Shown: positions 43,471 through 59,534, counted from the first letter of the stretch. The stretch is DNA of 64,000 nucleotides from Eledone cirrhosa (GCA_964016885.1 OZ024742.1:114514001-114578000), one strand, 5' to 3'. The notes: generated by a model from the letters alone, not told the origin. Numbers and translations: made by a program.

Positions 43471-46400
43471 AAATGAATTGTCTTCAAATTTCTTGATATG
43501 AGGGAGAAGAAAACGATGTTACGTCACATAATTCATTCCCTCATATGGAGACACACCAGTCAGTCAGAGACGAGGTGACTGCTATTAGCTTAAAATTGAG
43601 GTCACAAAACTTTTCAGACTTCCATCGCTGCAAAAGCCGCTGGACATCGAAACAAATCTGTAGGGATGCAGTCAGTCACAGTTAGAAGTAAGTCGATACA
43701 CACACACTCCACTCCCGCATACATCGGCTTGATGTAAAATAAAAATTAAAATAAACATAAAAATAAATACATATACACACAGCAACACAGTATTAAACCC
43801 GCAGAATTATGTGGGTGGGCACACATACACCCCAACACACACCGGAGCGACATTCGAGAAAAAGCGTATATAAGAATGTACCAACACAGCAATCACCGAA
43901 AAGTCAGTTCGTAAAGCAACAGAAATTATGTCGGTCAAATCTCAATTTGACGATGTAAATCGTAAATGTTAAGTTAACCAACGCTACACACACATACACA
44001 CATACACAAGCGCGCGCGCGCAAGTAAGTTCAGTTTTCTGCTGTACGTGTAAAGATCCAATTATAACATCAATATCTTCAAGTGTGTGTTATGGCAAAAG
44101 GTATGCACACATCCGAATCAGCCAAAATATGGAAGTCTGGGTATATACACATCCATGTGAAAAGCTCAATTTGACGATATAGATTGGAAATGTTGGGTTA
44201 ACCAAAGCTACACACATATACACACACACACGTGCGTGCGCGCAAGTAAATCCAGTTCAATGTTCTGCTATACGCGTATAGATCCAATTGTAACATCCAT
44301 ATCTTCAAGTGTGTGTTATGGTAAAAGGTATACACACATCCGAATCGTCCAAAAATAAAGAGGGGGGGGGGGCGTGATCCTGGTATATACACATCCATGT
44401 GAAGAGCAAGCAATCAGCTCATGTCGAACTCCTTGTGTACCGCTGTCCAGTTGAGAATCAAAATAACCAAATCCGTGCGTGCAAGCACTATAGTGCGTGT
44501 GCTGGCAAAGGGCTCTACGTAGGGTTGGTATAGGGTAAATAGGTCCGCAAGTGCGATCTCCCACCACATGGGCCAATGAGCTGTTAAGATAGTTGTTTGA
44601 GTGGTGGAGGTGTGTTATTCAGCATAGAAGGTGAAGTAAGAAAATACAGGACAGTGAATGTGTGTAGGCCCATTAATCGTGTGTCAGTATCATTGTTCAA
44701 CCCGTAACAATGAGTCCTCCATGGTTAGATGATCACGCATCAAAAACTGGTGTAGAGTTCAGTTGGTAGGAACGTGACATTCGTAAATGTTGGAGCTGAA
44801 TGTCTCAAAGAAGCGGGTACTGTGTGTAGAGCTATGTTTAGGGAGCGTAATCGGTCCTAACTAAGTGTGTAATCAATCTAACTATTTACTAGCTAGGTAT
44901 TCTAAAAGAGAGCACTCAGATATGAGAACTCCGTGGAAACATGCCGAGTATCAGTGCAAGTGCGCAAACAATCTTAGCCGTCTAACTACCTAAGTGTGTG
45001 ACTGTCCGTTTATTGAGAGGACTCTAGGGCTAAAGTAGAGAGGGAGGAGTTATTCGTAGATTACCTTCCAAAAATCCTGCGGAAGGTTTTAGAGGTTATA
45101 TGTTGACAGTTGCTGCAAAAAATCCGCTCTTCTATTAATCCGCTCTTCTATTAATTAACAAGGGCCGCCTCTAATAATATTGAAAGTTTCAGCTATACAT
45201 AAATTGCAGACGCCAGTGCCGCCGTTATAAGGTTGTGCTGACAAACTATGGACCAAGATAAGGAGTGCTCTATATTCTGAAGTTTAAGCTTCCAGACTAA
45301 TTCCAAAAGTGCCGTGCTATTTTTCTTATCTCATCTATTAAAGTTATGGCGGTGATTATACCATATATCCTTAAATTCAGTGGCAGTTGCTCCAATATAC
45401 CTAAAAGTTCTATCAGGAGTGGAGACCTTACAGTTGTAGACTATGTTTTTGGTAAGGCATTTCCCAGCCAAGGCGCACGTGGCGGTTCTTCTGCAGTTGC
45501 ATTCTCTGCTATCGATCTGGGTGGTTCGAGAAGGACCACGGTACATTTGGGGTCGGGTCTCAGTTCCAGTCTGCTCTAGGGGTAAATTCCACGGGGTAGG
45601 GTCGACCCGACTCGCCTCACGTGTATGAGTCAGTTCCTCAAGAGAGCTGCCATTGTTACTGCTATGCCTAAATCCCTCATTGGCTGTCTTAAGTCTACTA
45701 TAATTCATCTTAGCTATATTCTGAACTATGATACTAGTTGTAGAGTAGGACAACTTGATAGTATTTCTATTGAATATTTCATAATATCTGTGCGATCTAG
45801 GGAAGCAATTGTCTAAGGCCCTAAATTGAGCTCTTCACATGGATGTGTACATACCCAGACTTCCATCTTTTGGCTGATTCGGGTGTGTGTATACCTTTTG
45901 CCATAACACACACTTGAAGATATTGATGTTACAATTGGATTTTCAGCAGAACACTGAACTGAACTTACTTGCGCGGACGCACTTATGTCTGTGTGAATGT
46001 GTGTGTAGCGTTGGTTAACTTAACATTTCCGATTTACATCGTCAAATTGAGATTTGACCGACATAATTTCTGTTGCTTTACGAACTAACTTTTCGGTGAT
46101 TGCTGTGTTGGTACATTCTTATATATGTTTTTTCTCGAATGTCGTTTCGGTGTGTGTTGGGGTGTATGTGTGCCCACCCACGCTAATTCTGCGGGTTTAA
46201 TACTGTGTTGTTGTGTGTATATGTATTTATTTTTATGTTTATGTTTATTTTTATTTTTATTTTTATTTTTATTTTTATTTTTATTTTTATTTTTATTTGA
46301 CATCGAGCCGATGTATGCGGGTTTGAAGTGTGTGTGTATCCACTTACTTCTAACGGTGACTGACTGCATCCCTACGGATTTGTTTCGATGTCCAGCGGCT

Positions 46401-46562
46401 TTGCAGCGATGGAAGTTTGAAAGACTTTGTGACCTCAATTTTAAGCTAATAGCAGTCGCCTCGTCTCTGACTGACTGGTGTGTCTCCATATGAGGGAATG
46501 AATTATCTGATGTAACATCGTTTTTTCTACCTCATATCAAGAAATCTGAAGACAATTCATGT

Positions 46563-46636
46563 TCACCTGATGAGTTCAGTGATAATTGATCGTGGCTTCA
46601 TAATCGATCTATATCTTATTGAAATATATGTCGTGA
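46563..46636 (+). ncRNA. Type I hammerhead motif, intact core boxes
   Basis: tcac-CTGATGA-gttc...att-GAAA-tatatg-TC-gtga. Stem II base weakened. Confidence 0.7.
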
Positions 46637-47752
46637 TTAAATGATTGGAATTTTACCTTGCCTTCGGATTTTCATTTTGATACTCAGTTTTAAATTATCC
46701 AGCTGTTCCCTCGAATGGAATTGAAGATATACAAAAGCGTTGAGTACTTAATATTTCTAACATAAAGTTGTTGGACCTTTTTACACAACCAATATTGCAC
46801 CTTACTATATAACAACTATATATATATATAAAGGTTAACATATACATAATGTTATAGATATATACATGTTGCAACTGGTCACTTTTAAGCTCTATGAAGA
46901 ATTAATAAATTAAAAAATCAGAGCAACATATCATAAATTATGTCTTTAGAATCATCAGATAAAATATATACTATTTCTTCTTCTAATTAGCATAATTAAC
47001 CATATAAAAAATCAATTAGAACACGCTATAAGAAGAAAGGCTCTTATGGAGAAATCTCCGACAAATAACCGTACGTAGCCTCTTCGCGTTGGCCCCGATC
47101 GAGTATTTATCCAACACTTCGACAGCATGTAGAAACTGACTAAATATATCATCAACCATACACAATTAGGTGTAAAATTAAAACTTAGAAGAAATGCGTA
47201 CATACCGTAATTATATCTCTACCATGGTGTCTTCCTTATTTTTAGACATCCAAATAATAGGAATGTCCTGAGTTAGGATTCACCAGGAGACAAACTCAAA
47301 ATCATACATCTAGTTTTTCAATCCGATCCCGCCAAAAATAGATTAAAAAATGGCTAAGAATCGTTATTTGGCGGTGGTCAAGCCAGAAAGAATGTATGCT
47401 GGTTGCTTACGGCGGGCGGGCTTTCTGCGAGAAAGCGCATCCAAATATCGCCAAATTTAATCTCAACTTATCGGGAGATTATTAAATATAAAGGTTAACA
47501 TGTACATAAAGTTATAGATATATACATGTTGCAACTGGTCACTTTCAAGCTCCATAGCGATTCTTAGCCATTTTTGAATCTATTTTTGGCGGGATCGGAT
47601 TGAAAAACTAGATGTCTGATTTCCGGTCGTTGGTAGATAATAATAATAACAAGGCACATTTATCAATTCCAGTACCGGTTGTTACACAGCGAAATCAATG
47701 GGCAATGTAAGATACATTACCAGAGTATACACATAGTTAATTGCCTCAACAC

Positions 47753-47837
<85 letters not shown>

Positions 47838-47941
47838 GTATATATATATATAATGGAAAAATTTGAACAGGAACAAAACAGAGAGGCAGTACAACGAATG
47901 TTTATTAATTTCACGCTCTGGAGGGTGGGGTGGTGGTGGGG

Positions 47942-47975
47942 AACGACGTTTCGGGCATAAACCCTTCCTCAGGTG
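47942..47975 (-). ncRNA. Minimal hammerhead motif in Neptune-type 3' UTR
   Basis: cac-CTGAGGA-a-ggg(tttatg)ccc-GAAA-cg-TC-gtt. Stem I only 2 bp, possibly decayed. Confidence 0.65.
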
Positions 47976-49404
47976 AGAAGTGTGTGAGAACAGAGTTCAA
48001 AGGGTGTGTAGGGGAGAGGTGGAGAGACATATATCGAAAGGAAACGGTGCGAATGAAATGAAAAATAAAAATAAAAATAAAGCATGATCAAAATACAAGG
48101 AATGAAATAAAATTAAATATAAAAGCATGATCAAAATAAACTGAAATTAAAAGGGGGGTAAAACAGGTGGTGGAAGGGTGTGGGGTTTGTAGGGGTGGTG
48201 GCGGGTGGAGTGGGAGAGGGAGACGGGGTGGCCGAGCGGGGAGGGCTGAAGGTGGTGTGTGTGTGTATGTGTGTATGTGAAAGTAAGGGTTGGGGGAAGA
48301 ACGGGGTTTCATATTCAGGAAGAGGTGTGTGTGGGGTGGGTTGTAGGTCGGAGTGTCTGTGCGTGTGTGGATAGAGGGGTGGGGGGAGAGGAATCAGGAG
48401 GTGTGTTTGGGGTTTAAGCGTGTTGTGGGTGTAGGTGGCGTGTGGAGAAAACAATTTTGGGGTGTGTGTGGGTGAGTTATATAGGTGGTTCCGTAAGAGG
48501 ATGCTTGAAAAGTTGTGAAAATCCTGTGATGTTTAGTGGATTCCGTGGTGGTCAAGTTCCACATACGAGTATTCCATGAAGAGATGGTCGGAAGAGGAGC
48601 GATGTGTGGTGCGCGTGCAGCAGGAAGTGGTCAAGCAGTGGGAGTGCTGTGTGTCTGTTTGTGCTGGGAGGTGGTCAGAGGGCATAGAAGCAGTCGGTCG
48701 AATGGTAAAGGGACGAGGATGGGTGGGTGTGAAAGTTGGAGTGAGGTGGGTGTGTGTGTATTAGTAGAGGTGTTAGTGGGATGAGTGAGTGTGGAGCGAG
48801 GGTGTGGGTGGAGCGGGGAGAGAAGGGTGTGTGTAGTTCTATGGAGGGATTGTGGTGTACTGGTGTGTAGTTTTATGAAGGGGTGTTAGTGGGTGTTAGT
48901 ATACGGGAGGTGGGGAAGGGTTGAATGCAGGTGTGAGTGGGGGTTAGTGGTGGTAGAGTGTGTGTGGGTACGTGGTGTACGAGGGTGTGTGGGTACGTGT
49001 GCGTGGGGTTGGGGGTGTTAGTGATGTTAGTTTCGTGTGGGGTGGGTGGTGTAAATGGGTGCGTGTGTTCGTGTGCTTGGGGTCAGGGGGTGTTAGTGAG
49101 GTTAGTTGCGGGGTGGTGGGATGGAGGTTGGGGTGAGATGTGTGGGGGTGAGGGTTAGTGGTGGTAGTAGGGTGTGTGTTTAGTGTGAGCGCGTGTATAT
49201 ATCTGCCGGTGGGTGTGTGCGTGTGATAAGGAGGGGGGAGGAGAAGAAGGGAGGGACGTTAGTATGTTAGTTGGGGAAGGGTGGTCGGATGAGGGGTGGT
49301 GTGGAGGTGTTAGTATTGTTAGTTGTGGGGTGGGCGGTGAAAAGGAGAGGTGTGTTAGTGGTGTTAGTGGGGGATAAATGTGGGGGGGGAGGGGGCGGTC
49401 GAAG

Positions 49405-50470
49405 GCTAAAGGAATACGGGTGGAGAGTTCAGGCTGGGGGGAGTGTGGGTCTGTAAGATGAAGATAGTTCTTTGTTCGACTCTAAGGCGATTGGCGGGTG
49501 TTCCGTGTCATTGGAGTAGGCCACAGACTGTGAGATGGCGTGCGGAATGTCCAGGGCCACCAAAGTGGGGGGCGATGGGGGAACTACCACCGAGACGAAT
49601 ATCCCGGAGGTGCTCAGTGAATCGGTCCGCCAGGCGACGTCCCGTCTGTCTGACTAGGTTGGAGGAGGTGCAGCGGAAGGCATGCCGGACAGAGAGAGAG
49701 TGGCCGTTGGGACCCTGGAAGGTGGTGGTGTTGCTGATGTGGGGACAGGTGTTGCAGCGGGGCCTAGAACAGGGAAAGGAACCGTGGGGGGGAAACAGAG
49801 CATGTGTTGGGGGTTAGGGAGCTGTGGACGAGGAGGGTGCGGAGATTGCGTGCGCGTTTGAAGGAGGGGAGTGGTGGGGTTGGGAAGATGTGGGAGGTGG
49901 AGGGGTCGGACTGGAGGCGTCGGAAGAGGCGGCGGATGGTGCGGTGGAGGGGTAAGGTGGAGGGGTGGTAGGTGATGGGGAAGGGGAGACGGTGGGTTGG
50001 TGTGCGGTGGCGTGGGGTGAGGCTGGTGGAGCGGGGGACGGCACGGGCGCGGGTGAGAGCGGTGTGGAGGAGAGGGGGGGAACCTCTGCGGATGAAATGG
50101 CTGACTAGGGAAAGGGCCTGGGATTCGAAGTCAGCATCTCGGCTACAGAGGCGGCGGATCCTGAGAAGTTGGGAGTAGGGAATGGAGTGTTTAGTGTGGG
50201 TGGGGTGGGAAGAGGTGAAGTCGAGGTAAGAGTGGGAGTCGGTGTGTTTGAATAAGGCGGACGTGACGAGGGAGTGGTGGGAGGGGTCGAAGGCGACGGA
50301 GATGTCTAAGAAGTGGACGTGGGTGGTGGAGATAGAGGTGTTGAAGTGGAGGCAGGGGTGGAAGGAGCAGAAGAAGGAGAGAAAGGAGTCGAGCTGTTCT
50401 CGGGTGAGGGTCGTGGCTCCGATACAGTCGTCAATGTAACGACCGTACAGTTCGGGCGTGGGGCCGGTGT
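49405..50470 (-). pseudogene. PLE RT (motif C onward) + GIY-YIG, disrupted
   Basis: Hand translation: TGPTPELYGRYIDDCIG..FHPCLHF..VHFLDISV..FKHTDSHSYLDFTSSHP..SIPYSQLLRIRRLCS; then PCSRPRCNTCPHI..FRCTSSNLV-RQTGRRLADRFTEHLRDI..PIAPHF..HS..EQRTIFILQT..PPSLN. Not in the ORF track. Confidence 0.9.
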
Positions 50471-50484
50471 ATATATATATATAT

Positions 50485-51430
50485 AAATGGCGAGCTACGT
50501 GGTTGCATTTAAGTATAATGAAAAATAAAAGTTATGGGCGAAAGGTGTATCCTCGTCAGTTGTCTACTAGGAGTCATTGGTATTTATTCGCGTTAGAAAC
50601 AATATACCTCACCCTAGGGCGAAAATAACTAAAATACGTTATTGGGATAAATAAGAGGGGGAGAAAAACATGTAAATAGACACGAAGGGTGAAACAACGT
50701 AAACAGATGAAAAATAGGAAATATCAAGTCAACAACTCATTTCTAACGTAAGAACAGGCGAATTTTGAGGAGAGAGAAAAAAGACACGTCTTAGCTGAAG
50801 CATTATTTGCGAGAGAAGAGGCTGCATACAATGGCGGACGAGGGAGGAAGAGAGCTAGCGGAGAGAAGGTGACTAGCAGAGAAGGAGTGAGTGAAGGTAA
50901 GACGAAGCGAGAAAGAGATAGTTATAGTGGGAGGGTAGCCGAGGGAAGGAGACTAGCAGAGGTGGTGAGCGAAAGTAAGAGGGAGAAGGAGAGAGAAGGG
51001 GGACAAAGAGGATAGCCACAAGGGGCGAGAATAGAGACGGGTACAGCGAAGAAGAGAGCTTATGTGAATAAACAAGCGAGCTGTGTGGTTGCATTTAAGT
51101 ATAATGGAAAATAAAAGTTACGGGTGAAAGAAAGGGGCATCCTCGTCAGTTGTCTACTAGGAATCATTGTGATTTCTTCGCGTTAGAGACAATATAACTC
51201 AGCCTAGGGCGAACAATAACTAACATCTCGCCATTTGTATTCATATAAGATCCCTTCTTCGCTATGACCCGTCCATGTTCTCTCCCCTTTCTGCTATCGT
51301 CTCTCTCCCCCTTCTCTCTCATTCTCCCTCTTACTTTCGCTCATCTCCTCTGCTAGTCAACTTCTCTCGGCGAGCCTCCCACTATAACTATCTCTTTCTC
51401 GCTTCTTCTTACGTTCACTCACACCCTCTC
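50485..51430 (-). mobile_element. ORF-less pLTR-like element: about 590-bp tandem unit plus inverted copy
   Basis: 50488-50632 is repeated at 51076-51223. 51226-51430 is an inverted copy of about 50878-51080. Degenerate HHR gacaa-CTGACGA-ggatg...caccc-GTAA-cttt-TA-ttttc at 51107-51154 (and 50521-50564). Confidence 0.78.
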
Positions 51431-52814
51431 TGCGTGTATGTCAACGCACGTTGTTGTAGGCACACACGCACAAACACAGGCTGACATACACGCATATGTA
51501 CTTTATGCCGAAATAAGAACTGTATTCCTTTGCATTTCAGGATTTTGACACTCAGGAGTTGGTGTTTTACACTCCACTTTTGTCTCATTTGCTCTTAAAA
51601 CGCACCACCGGATGAAAGTGTAAGAATTGTAATTCTTTACACTTCTAGATTCTAACACACAGGTTTTCTACTTCAGTTAATATTTTCCAAATTTTTCAAA
51701 TTTTCATATTGGTTGTAACACAGACGCATTTTATTTTTTTTCATTTTATTTTTTTTGTTTGGCACCTCCACCACGTGAAATGGTGGCATGATAGATACAA
51801 ACCTACACACACCAATTCTTCTAAACAGAGCAGCAGCAAACCTAAGTTTACCTGCCAGCTGACCCTTTACACCACTATCACTACCAACACAATGGAGGAG
51901 GTCAGCTGTACTTAAACAAAAACAACTGCAACAGACTGTCTTGCCTCAGAAAAATTTCCATAGAATTTTGACTGAGGAATGATCTCACAACTGACCAATG
52001 GGATGAGAGAGTGTCCTATGACGCCGAAATTCGTTTGTTCTAATTCATATGATTCCAGGAGCTGGACATATCGGAGTATTGACGGAGTAAAACACACTTC
52101 AACAACATGTGCACCTGTATCTCCCACACCAATTCGGACTGCCTGAAGAGGTCACAGCCAATGATGGCTGTCACAAAAATATATATAGCAGTATATCTAT
52201 AATTTATAATAAACGAACACAAACTTTACATATTAGACTTAATTATTTTACATTACTCCGGACTAAACCAACCAACCAACGTACTTCGTCGAGTTCTCCA
52301 ATCTTCATACTGAGTAAACAACTAACATATACTCAATATATATATATAATTCCCATCCCTTATTTTGACCCAAAATAAGGGACGAAAGAGAAATAAACAA
52401 ATTTCTGTGTTTAATTGCATTCACACTCATTTGAAGACTTTCAATACATGAATATAAAAAGGGTAAGCATCATAATGATTGATAGAGAATAGTGGGTGCC
52501 CAAGCATCATTATTTGAATCGCAGATGTACCTAAAGCGAGGCAAGTTATTCTTCAGTGTGGGCTCAAAGCTGTAATATCCCCTGGGCAAATCAACGCTGC
52601 TGGAACAATTTGCAATTTGTTAAACATGGAGGTGTCCGAAATCTTTGAGATCTCTAAATGACAGCTGATAAAATGTATGTAGAATATAGAATAAGTTATC
52701 TTATTCTCACTCTTACCCTCTCTCTCGCTGAATATATGTCTGTTTATATATACATATGTATGTATAGACACACACACACACCTACACGCACACATATATA
52801 AATAAAATAAAACA

Positions 52815-53078
<264 letters not shown>

Positions 53079-55020
53079 CATATATGTATATAATTGCATA
53101 TAGGTATGCATGGATATGTATATACATATATATATGCATGTATAGAAACATATATATAAATATATATATATATGTTTGTGTGTGTTTGTGTTTATGTGCA
53201 TGCGTGTGTGTGTAGGATATCTGTGCATTTCGTCAGAAGATTGATTGCAGAAATAGAGTGAAGATTACCAAATTTATAGGTGAAATGTTATATATTGCTC
53301 TTCAATCATTGCTCATTTTAAACTCCAAGATATTGGTATTTATCATTCTCTCTCCTATATGATGACGCCGCTGGTAAATACACATGGCTTCCATTACTAT
53401 ATTTGATTTATTTTCTGGCTGTCTATGTAATGTATGTATTTCTAATTCTATAGGGTATATATCAATGCATTTTTTTGTTGAACGACATTAATAAAATAAT
53501 ATTTAAAACTTTACACTGTTTTTACTTCACCTTCAATGAACTATATATCACATATATTTCCATACTTCACCTAATTTTCTGCAGTGCTATGCACAGAAAT
53601 TCTAGTAAAATTAGAAAAATGAAAATGAATAAAACATTTTGTCATTTAGTGAATGTGAGATGTGACCTGGTAAATGTTCTGTTTTTGTTCCCAAGTTAGT
53701 ATGACTCCAAAATAAATCTATTTGGTGCATTCTTATATTCTTATTTTCAGTTATATATTCTAGGGTTAGACACGATCAATCTGATTTAAGAATATAATAA
53801 TTTCAGCAGCAACCAACCTGCCCTTTACTTTAACATACTGTATTTAGGAATATAATATTCAATATATTTCCTTATTTTTAAAGTGATGGGATGTCATTGA
53901 TGCGAGAAACGTGTCTGATATCAAGCCGAATGTATATGTCGTTTCCTGCTCAGTGTAGCTGTTCGGTATTAATTCAAATATGATCGAGAAAAGCTTTGAT
54001 CACATTCTTTAAAACCATTATATTTTTTTGTAATTCAAACAGTAAAAGTGTGCGAACATTTTTTCTGTGATAACTTCAATGTTTAAGACAATATATTGTG
54101 AATTTTGTGAGATTTGGCTGCCAATCGAGAATTTGACATTCCAATGTAAATCAGCTCAATTTTGGGTCAGATGTCTTCCACGTTAGCAAGGCTTGACAAT
54201 GTCGTCATATATATCATGGTCTACGTCTAATCGACACAGACTTTCATGAGCAGATGAAGAGTTTATTCCTGGATTACGGAGTACTATGTTTGTTCGCATA
54301 GCTTTTAAAAGCTAGGCTTTGACCATAGCTTCACCACGACCACATTTTGAAAAGGAAATTTGCTAGAGACAATATTTGTGAAAATATATCCGAACGAATA
54401 TATTAGCGATTCAATGTTTCAGCGTTGTCACAAATTGTGTAACATGAAATCGGCTTGGAAATTACGTAAAGCCTACGTAATTTATATGCTAATTCACAAG
54501 CTGGTCGTACAACGGAATAATCCCTGACACAGCCAACGGATGGCATTGCGGAAATTCGTTTGTTTTTGTTTGCTGTTGGACATATGTATATGTTACATAG
54601 TAATTTCTGAGTACTGACTGCAACATTGAAATACATTTCACTCTATCACGTCAGGATCTTCCACAAATATCTTTCAACAAGTTTGGTATTGTCACTATTT
54701 CTAAGGTTAGATTTGGTTTCAACAAATCAGAGCCGTGTATATAGCTTGACATAATTTTAAGAACATAGTTTTTCAATGTCATTAAAGATAAGTGCAATTA
54801 GAAACGTTCAAACAAAACTTATGACTTAAGTTTATTTATGAAATTAAAACCATTCCTGCGGCGTTAGGTAGAGGGTCCTGTTAAAAAGATGCATTGCATT
54901 TTCCTTATCATGCTGCAAAACTGGCAATAGGCATGCGACCTGTCCTGGGAAGTGTGAGATGGACGCACATATATTGTGTAACTCGAGACACCAAAGACGG
55001 TCCCGAAAGGAGAAAATCTT

Positions 55021-56765
55021 GACAATTGGAACTTGGAACATCACAACTCTTTCCGTTAAAGAACAGGAACTACTGTAGGAGGCTAGATACTGCCGGTGAA
55101 ATATAGTCGGGATTTCCTTAACAAAGTTTCATGGCTTTGATAGTGGAAATTTGGATGGAAGATGAAAACTCTATTATACAGTTTTGGCACAAAAAATGAC
55201 TGCACAGCGGAATGGGGTTACTCACAAGCCCTCGGCTGTCAGCATGTTTTATTGATTGGATCACATTATGAGGTATTATTTGACTGTGAACCTTAGGCTT
55301 AAATGTAGGTCTATGTCGGTGGTGCAAGTTTATAAACTAAAGAAGACTCTGAATACAGGTCCTTACTTGGTGAAGTCAGTGCAGCGTTAAATGTAGTTAA
55401 GACTGACTCATATATACAGATAGAGACTTCAATCTAACATGTTGGCGCATACCTTATGATACGGAAAGGCGTGATTGGAAGGAGTGGCGACCCCGATGTA
55501 ACTACAAATGGAGAGACATTTTTAAACTTCTATTCTAGTACTACCTACTTCCATCACAGAAACATCCAGAAATATACATGGTATAAATATAGTGGCAGAG
55601 AACATTGACTGATATTGATATTGATTGTAATGTATTTTATTATTTGATGGATGTGCGTTGTAAGGGAGGGGCTGAGCTCTCAGCTGGTCATTATCTAGCT
55701 ATTTTCTACTTAAAACACTGCTTAAGGCCAAACACCGCAAATTCGTGGGTACTTACAGTAAGCGTTGGTGAATAACAAGTGAGGGAAAGTTATGATGATA
55801 CTATTGCATCCAAATTCAGAGAACTATCTCAACAAACTGAGGACGCTCAGCAGCGTCTTCAGCTATTAAATGTTAAAGGCGAAAGAGGCTTGATCTAGCG
55901 TCAGATGGCAGGAAGACAATTCGTTTAAGCAAGAGGTCAAAGATCCCATCTGAGAAAAGTAGCAAGCTAACAAAGATTGGCTTGGAAATAAGTCCTCCTA
56001 CTTTCACTTGCGGTACAATCAGCCACGAAGGATTGCATCAGAAGTAGTAAAGGCATCCAACGATAAGGAAAGGGAGGATTTTGGTGTTAATTTGGAATGT
56101 GACATCAAATCAGAAATTAATGAGATCCTCCAGACCTGCTCCTCAGTTACTCGCCTGGGATTGCCATCTCTAAGAGTTGTACATCTTTAGAAAATACTTT
56201 GCTGATATCCTGAACATGATGAAAACATTATGTTCTGATGTACACAATGTGCTTATGGGAGCGGTGATTAATTTCCCGAAGGGTGAGCTCACAAGAGTAG
56301 TTAAACAGATCAAATGTGGAAAAGCCGCTGGGGATGATGAAATGCTGGCCGAGATATTAAAAGCCTTAAATTGAGAAAGTATTCTCTCTCTGACTGGTGT
56401 ATGTGGATTTGACTGTATATCTGGAAAGGCCTCCAAGAAATGGCAAACGGCAGTGATAATCCCAATTTTCAAAAAGGGAGACGAAAGAGATTGTTATAAT
56501 TAGAGAGGGATTTTCTTCTCAAGCCTCCCGGGTAAAGTCGATGCTAAGTGTGTTGCAAAGAGTTGCTGGGAGATTTTCGAATACAAGTTAGCGGATGAAC
56601 AGTGCAGCTTTCGCCAAGGACGTATCACAGACATCTAAATATTGACACTGAGGGTGGTCTTCCAGAAATCGCAGAAGTATTGCTAAGAAGTATATTCTTT
56701 TTTTATAGACATCGAAGATATTAATTATCAGATATTCACAGGACCTGCTGTGCAGGTGGATGGGA
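55021..56765 (+). pseudogene. Decayed RTE-superfamily LINE: AP endonuclease through RT N-half
   Basis: TIGTWNITTLSVKEQELL..NIVGIS (APE motif I), GMGLLTSPRL, KGVIGRSGDPDV..NGETFLNF, HPEIYMV, KCGKAAGDDEMLAEILKALN, KKWQTAVIIPIFKKGDERDCYN.RGIFFSSLPGK. Many stops. Confidence 0.85.
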
Positions 56766-57233
56766 TCGATGGTCAGCCTCTTGACTGCATTCAGCCAACC
56801 AAATTTCACACATGTATGAAAAAACAATCTGAGCCCCCCACGCCACCTTTCTTTTTGGAAACGCAAATATAATAAGAAACTTTGTAACGCGAACTGGTGC
56901 GAACTTTGTTATACTTATTCACGTGACAGTCATCAACCAAGCAAATTACCTTTCTACAAATCCTATCAGTTCGAGCCACTTTTGTCCACATAAAACACTT
57001 TTGTCCACATAAAACATAAGCAACATTCAAACACCAAACAGATGCGAGAAAAACCAGAAACGCTCCATCTCAATTCTACTTTTATGAAGCATAAGAAATG
57101 TGAAACCGGTAAAGGTAACAATAAATATTCTTAAAAATACTCCAGGTGCATTTTCGATTTCATCTTTTTCCCCTATACCTTCACTCGTGCAGGGCATCTC
57201 CCTTTTCTTATTTTGAAAAAAAAACCTCATTTT

Positions 57234-57329
<96 letters not shown>

Positions 57330-57517
57330 TGTGTGAGTGAAGTATTTCCGTCGCAAAGGTACAGGGAAAAAGAGACCTCTATATAGGCTACGTACCTTAT
57401 TAGTTATGTAATAAACAACATAAGATAATTATATAAATAAATAAATTAATATAAGTATGTATACATTCATACATATATGTATACAGACGTACAGTAGTAT
57501 GTATATATATACATACA

Positions 57518-58520
<1,003 letters not shown>

Positions 58521-59354
58521 GAAATTATATTTAATTTGTTGGGATTCCAACAAACTTAAAACACATTTTGTATTTTACCTGATGAAATACCGATATCTAT
58601 AAAAAACAACTATGATACGTTTATGTATAATAAATATACGTGAGTCTCTCAAGAGTACAGATATTCTGCAGAGATTCAGACGTTTCCACTTTTTATGTCA
58701 TTTGGCTGATTTCAATTTTCTCATTGACATTTTTCGTATCTTCTCATTTCATTATGAACACTAATATAACCTGCACCGAAGTATATGCTTCTATATTCGG
58801 CATAGTCTCTGGTTCCCATGTTACGAATTGTGTGTGTGGTGTGATGAAATTTACACCATTTCACATTATTATGCCGAATACATATGCTCCTTTATTAAGT
58901 GTGTATTGCATAATTCCCCTCCATAACAAAAAAATAAAATATTGATGCATTTAATGTCATATGTGCATTTGTCTTCCAATAGATGAGGCTTAACTCAATT
59001 TTGGATGTGACAACATCTCTTGACCTTCAATTTGGGCATAATTATTTAGTTTGGTGGAGTGTACACGTGGGAGGGTGAGATTAAATTCAAGAGTCCTTGA
59101 AACGAGCCCTACCGTATTACAGGTGACGGTCCAGATACGTTTAATTTTACGTATCCTGCTTTCGGTCTTATATTGAACCTACCGTGCCATATGTACTTCC
59201 TTCCGCATCCGTTATGTCTGTGGTCGGTTGTGAGAGGCCTAGTGCCACATAAATTGTCTTTTTTTTCTGTGTAAAATTTGTCTCAGTTATGATACTTTGT
59301 TCCATTTGGATATATAAATGTATATATACACATATACATATATGTGTAATAGTG

Positions 59355-59418
<64 letters not shown>

Positions 59419-59423
<5 letters not shown>

Positions 59424-59534
59424 AACCAGTAAGACCCCGACAGCTGAGCTCAAGCCGTTTCGACGGCTAATTCAGTCCAGAATTAGCCGTCGAAACGGCT
59501 TGAGCTCAGCTGTCGGGGTCTTACTGGTTCCTAT
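59419..59534. repeat. Perfect 55-bp hairpin at head of an about 190-bp insert between (TA)n tracts
   Basis: 59419-59473 is the exact reverse complement of 59480-59534. Loop agtcca. Insert continues to about 59612. Confidence 0.95.

Larger units (their letters stand above)
43356..46682 (-). mobile_element. Duplicate of the 36056-39327 PLE
   Basis: Arms 43356-44172 and 45823-46682. GIY-YIG ORF 45331..45753. (TTTTTA)n expansion at about 46225-46298. Confidence 0.92.
47852..50470 (-). mobile_element. 5'-truncated Neptune-type Penelope-like element in (TA)n
   Basis: RT C-terminal half and endonuclease at 49405-50470. About 1.55-kb C/A-rich 3' UTR ending in HHR and aataaa. (TA)n at both ends. Confidence 0.9.

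Noticed and set aside
48088-50439. Pro-rich and Gly/Val-rich ORFs in the track
   Set aside because: Off-frame or antisense readings of the skewed PLE ORF and UTR.
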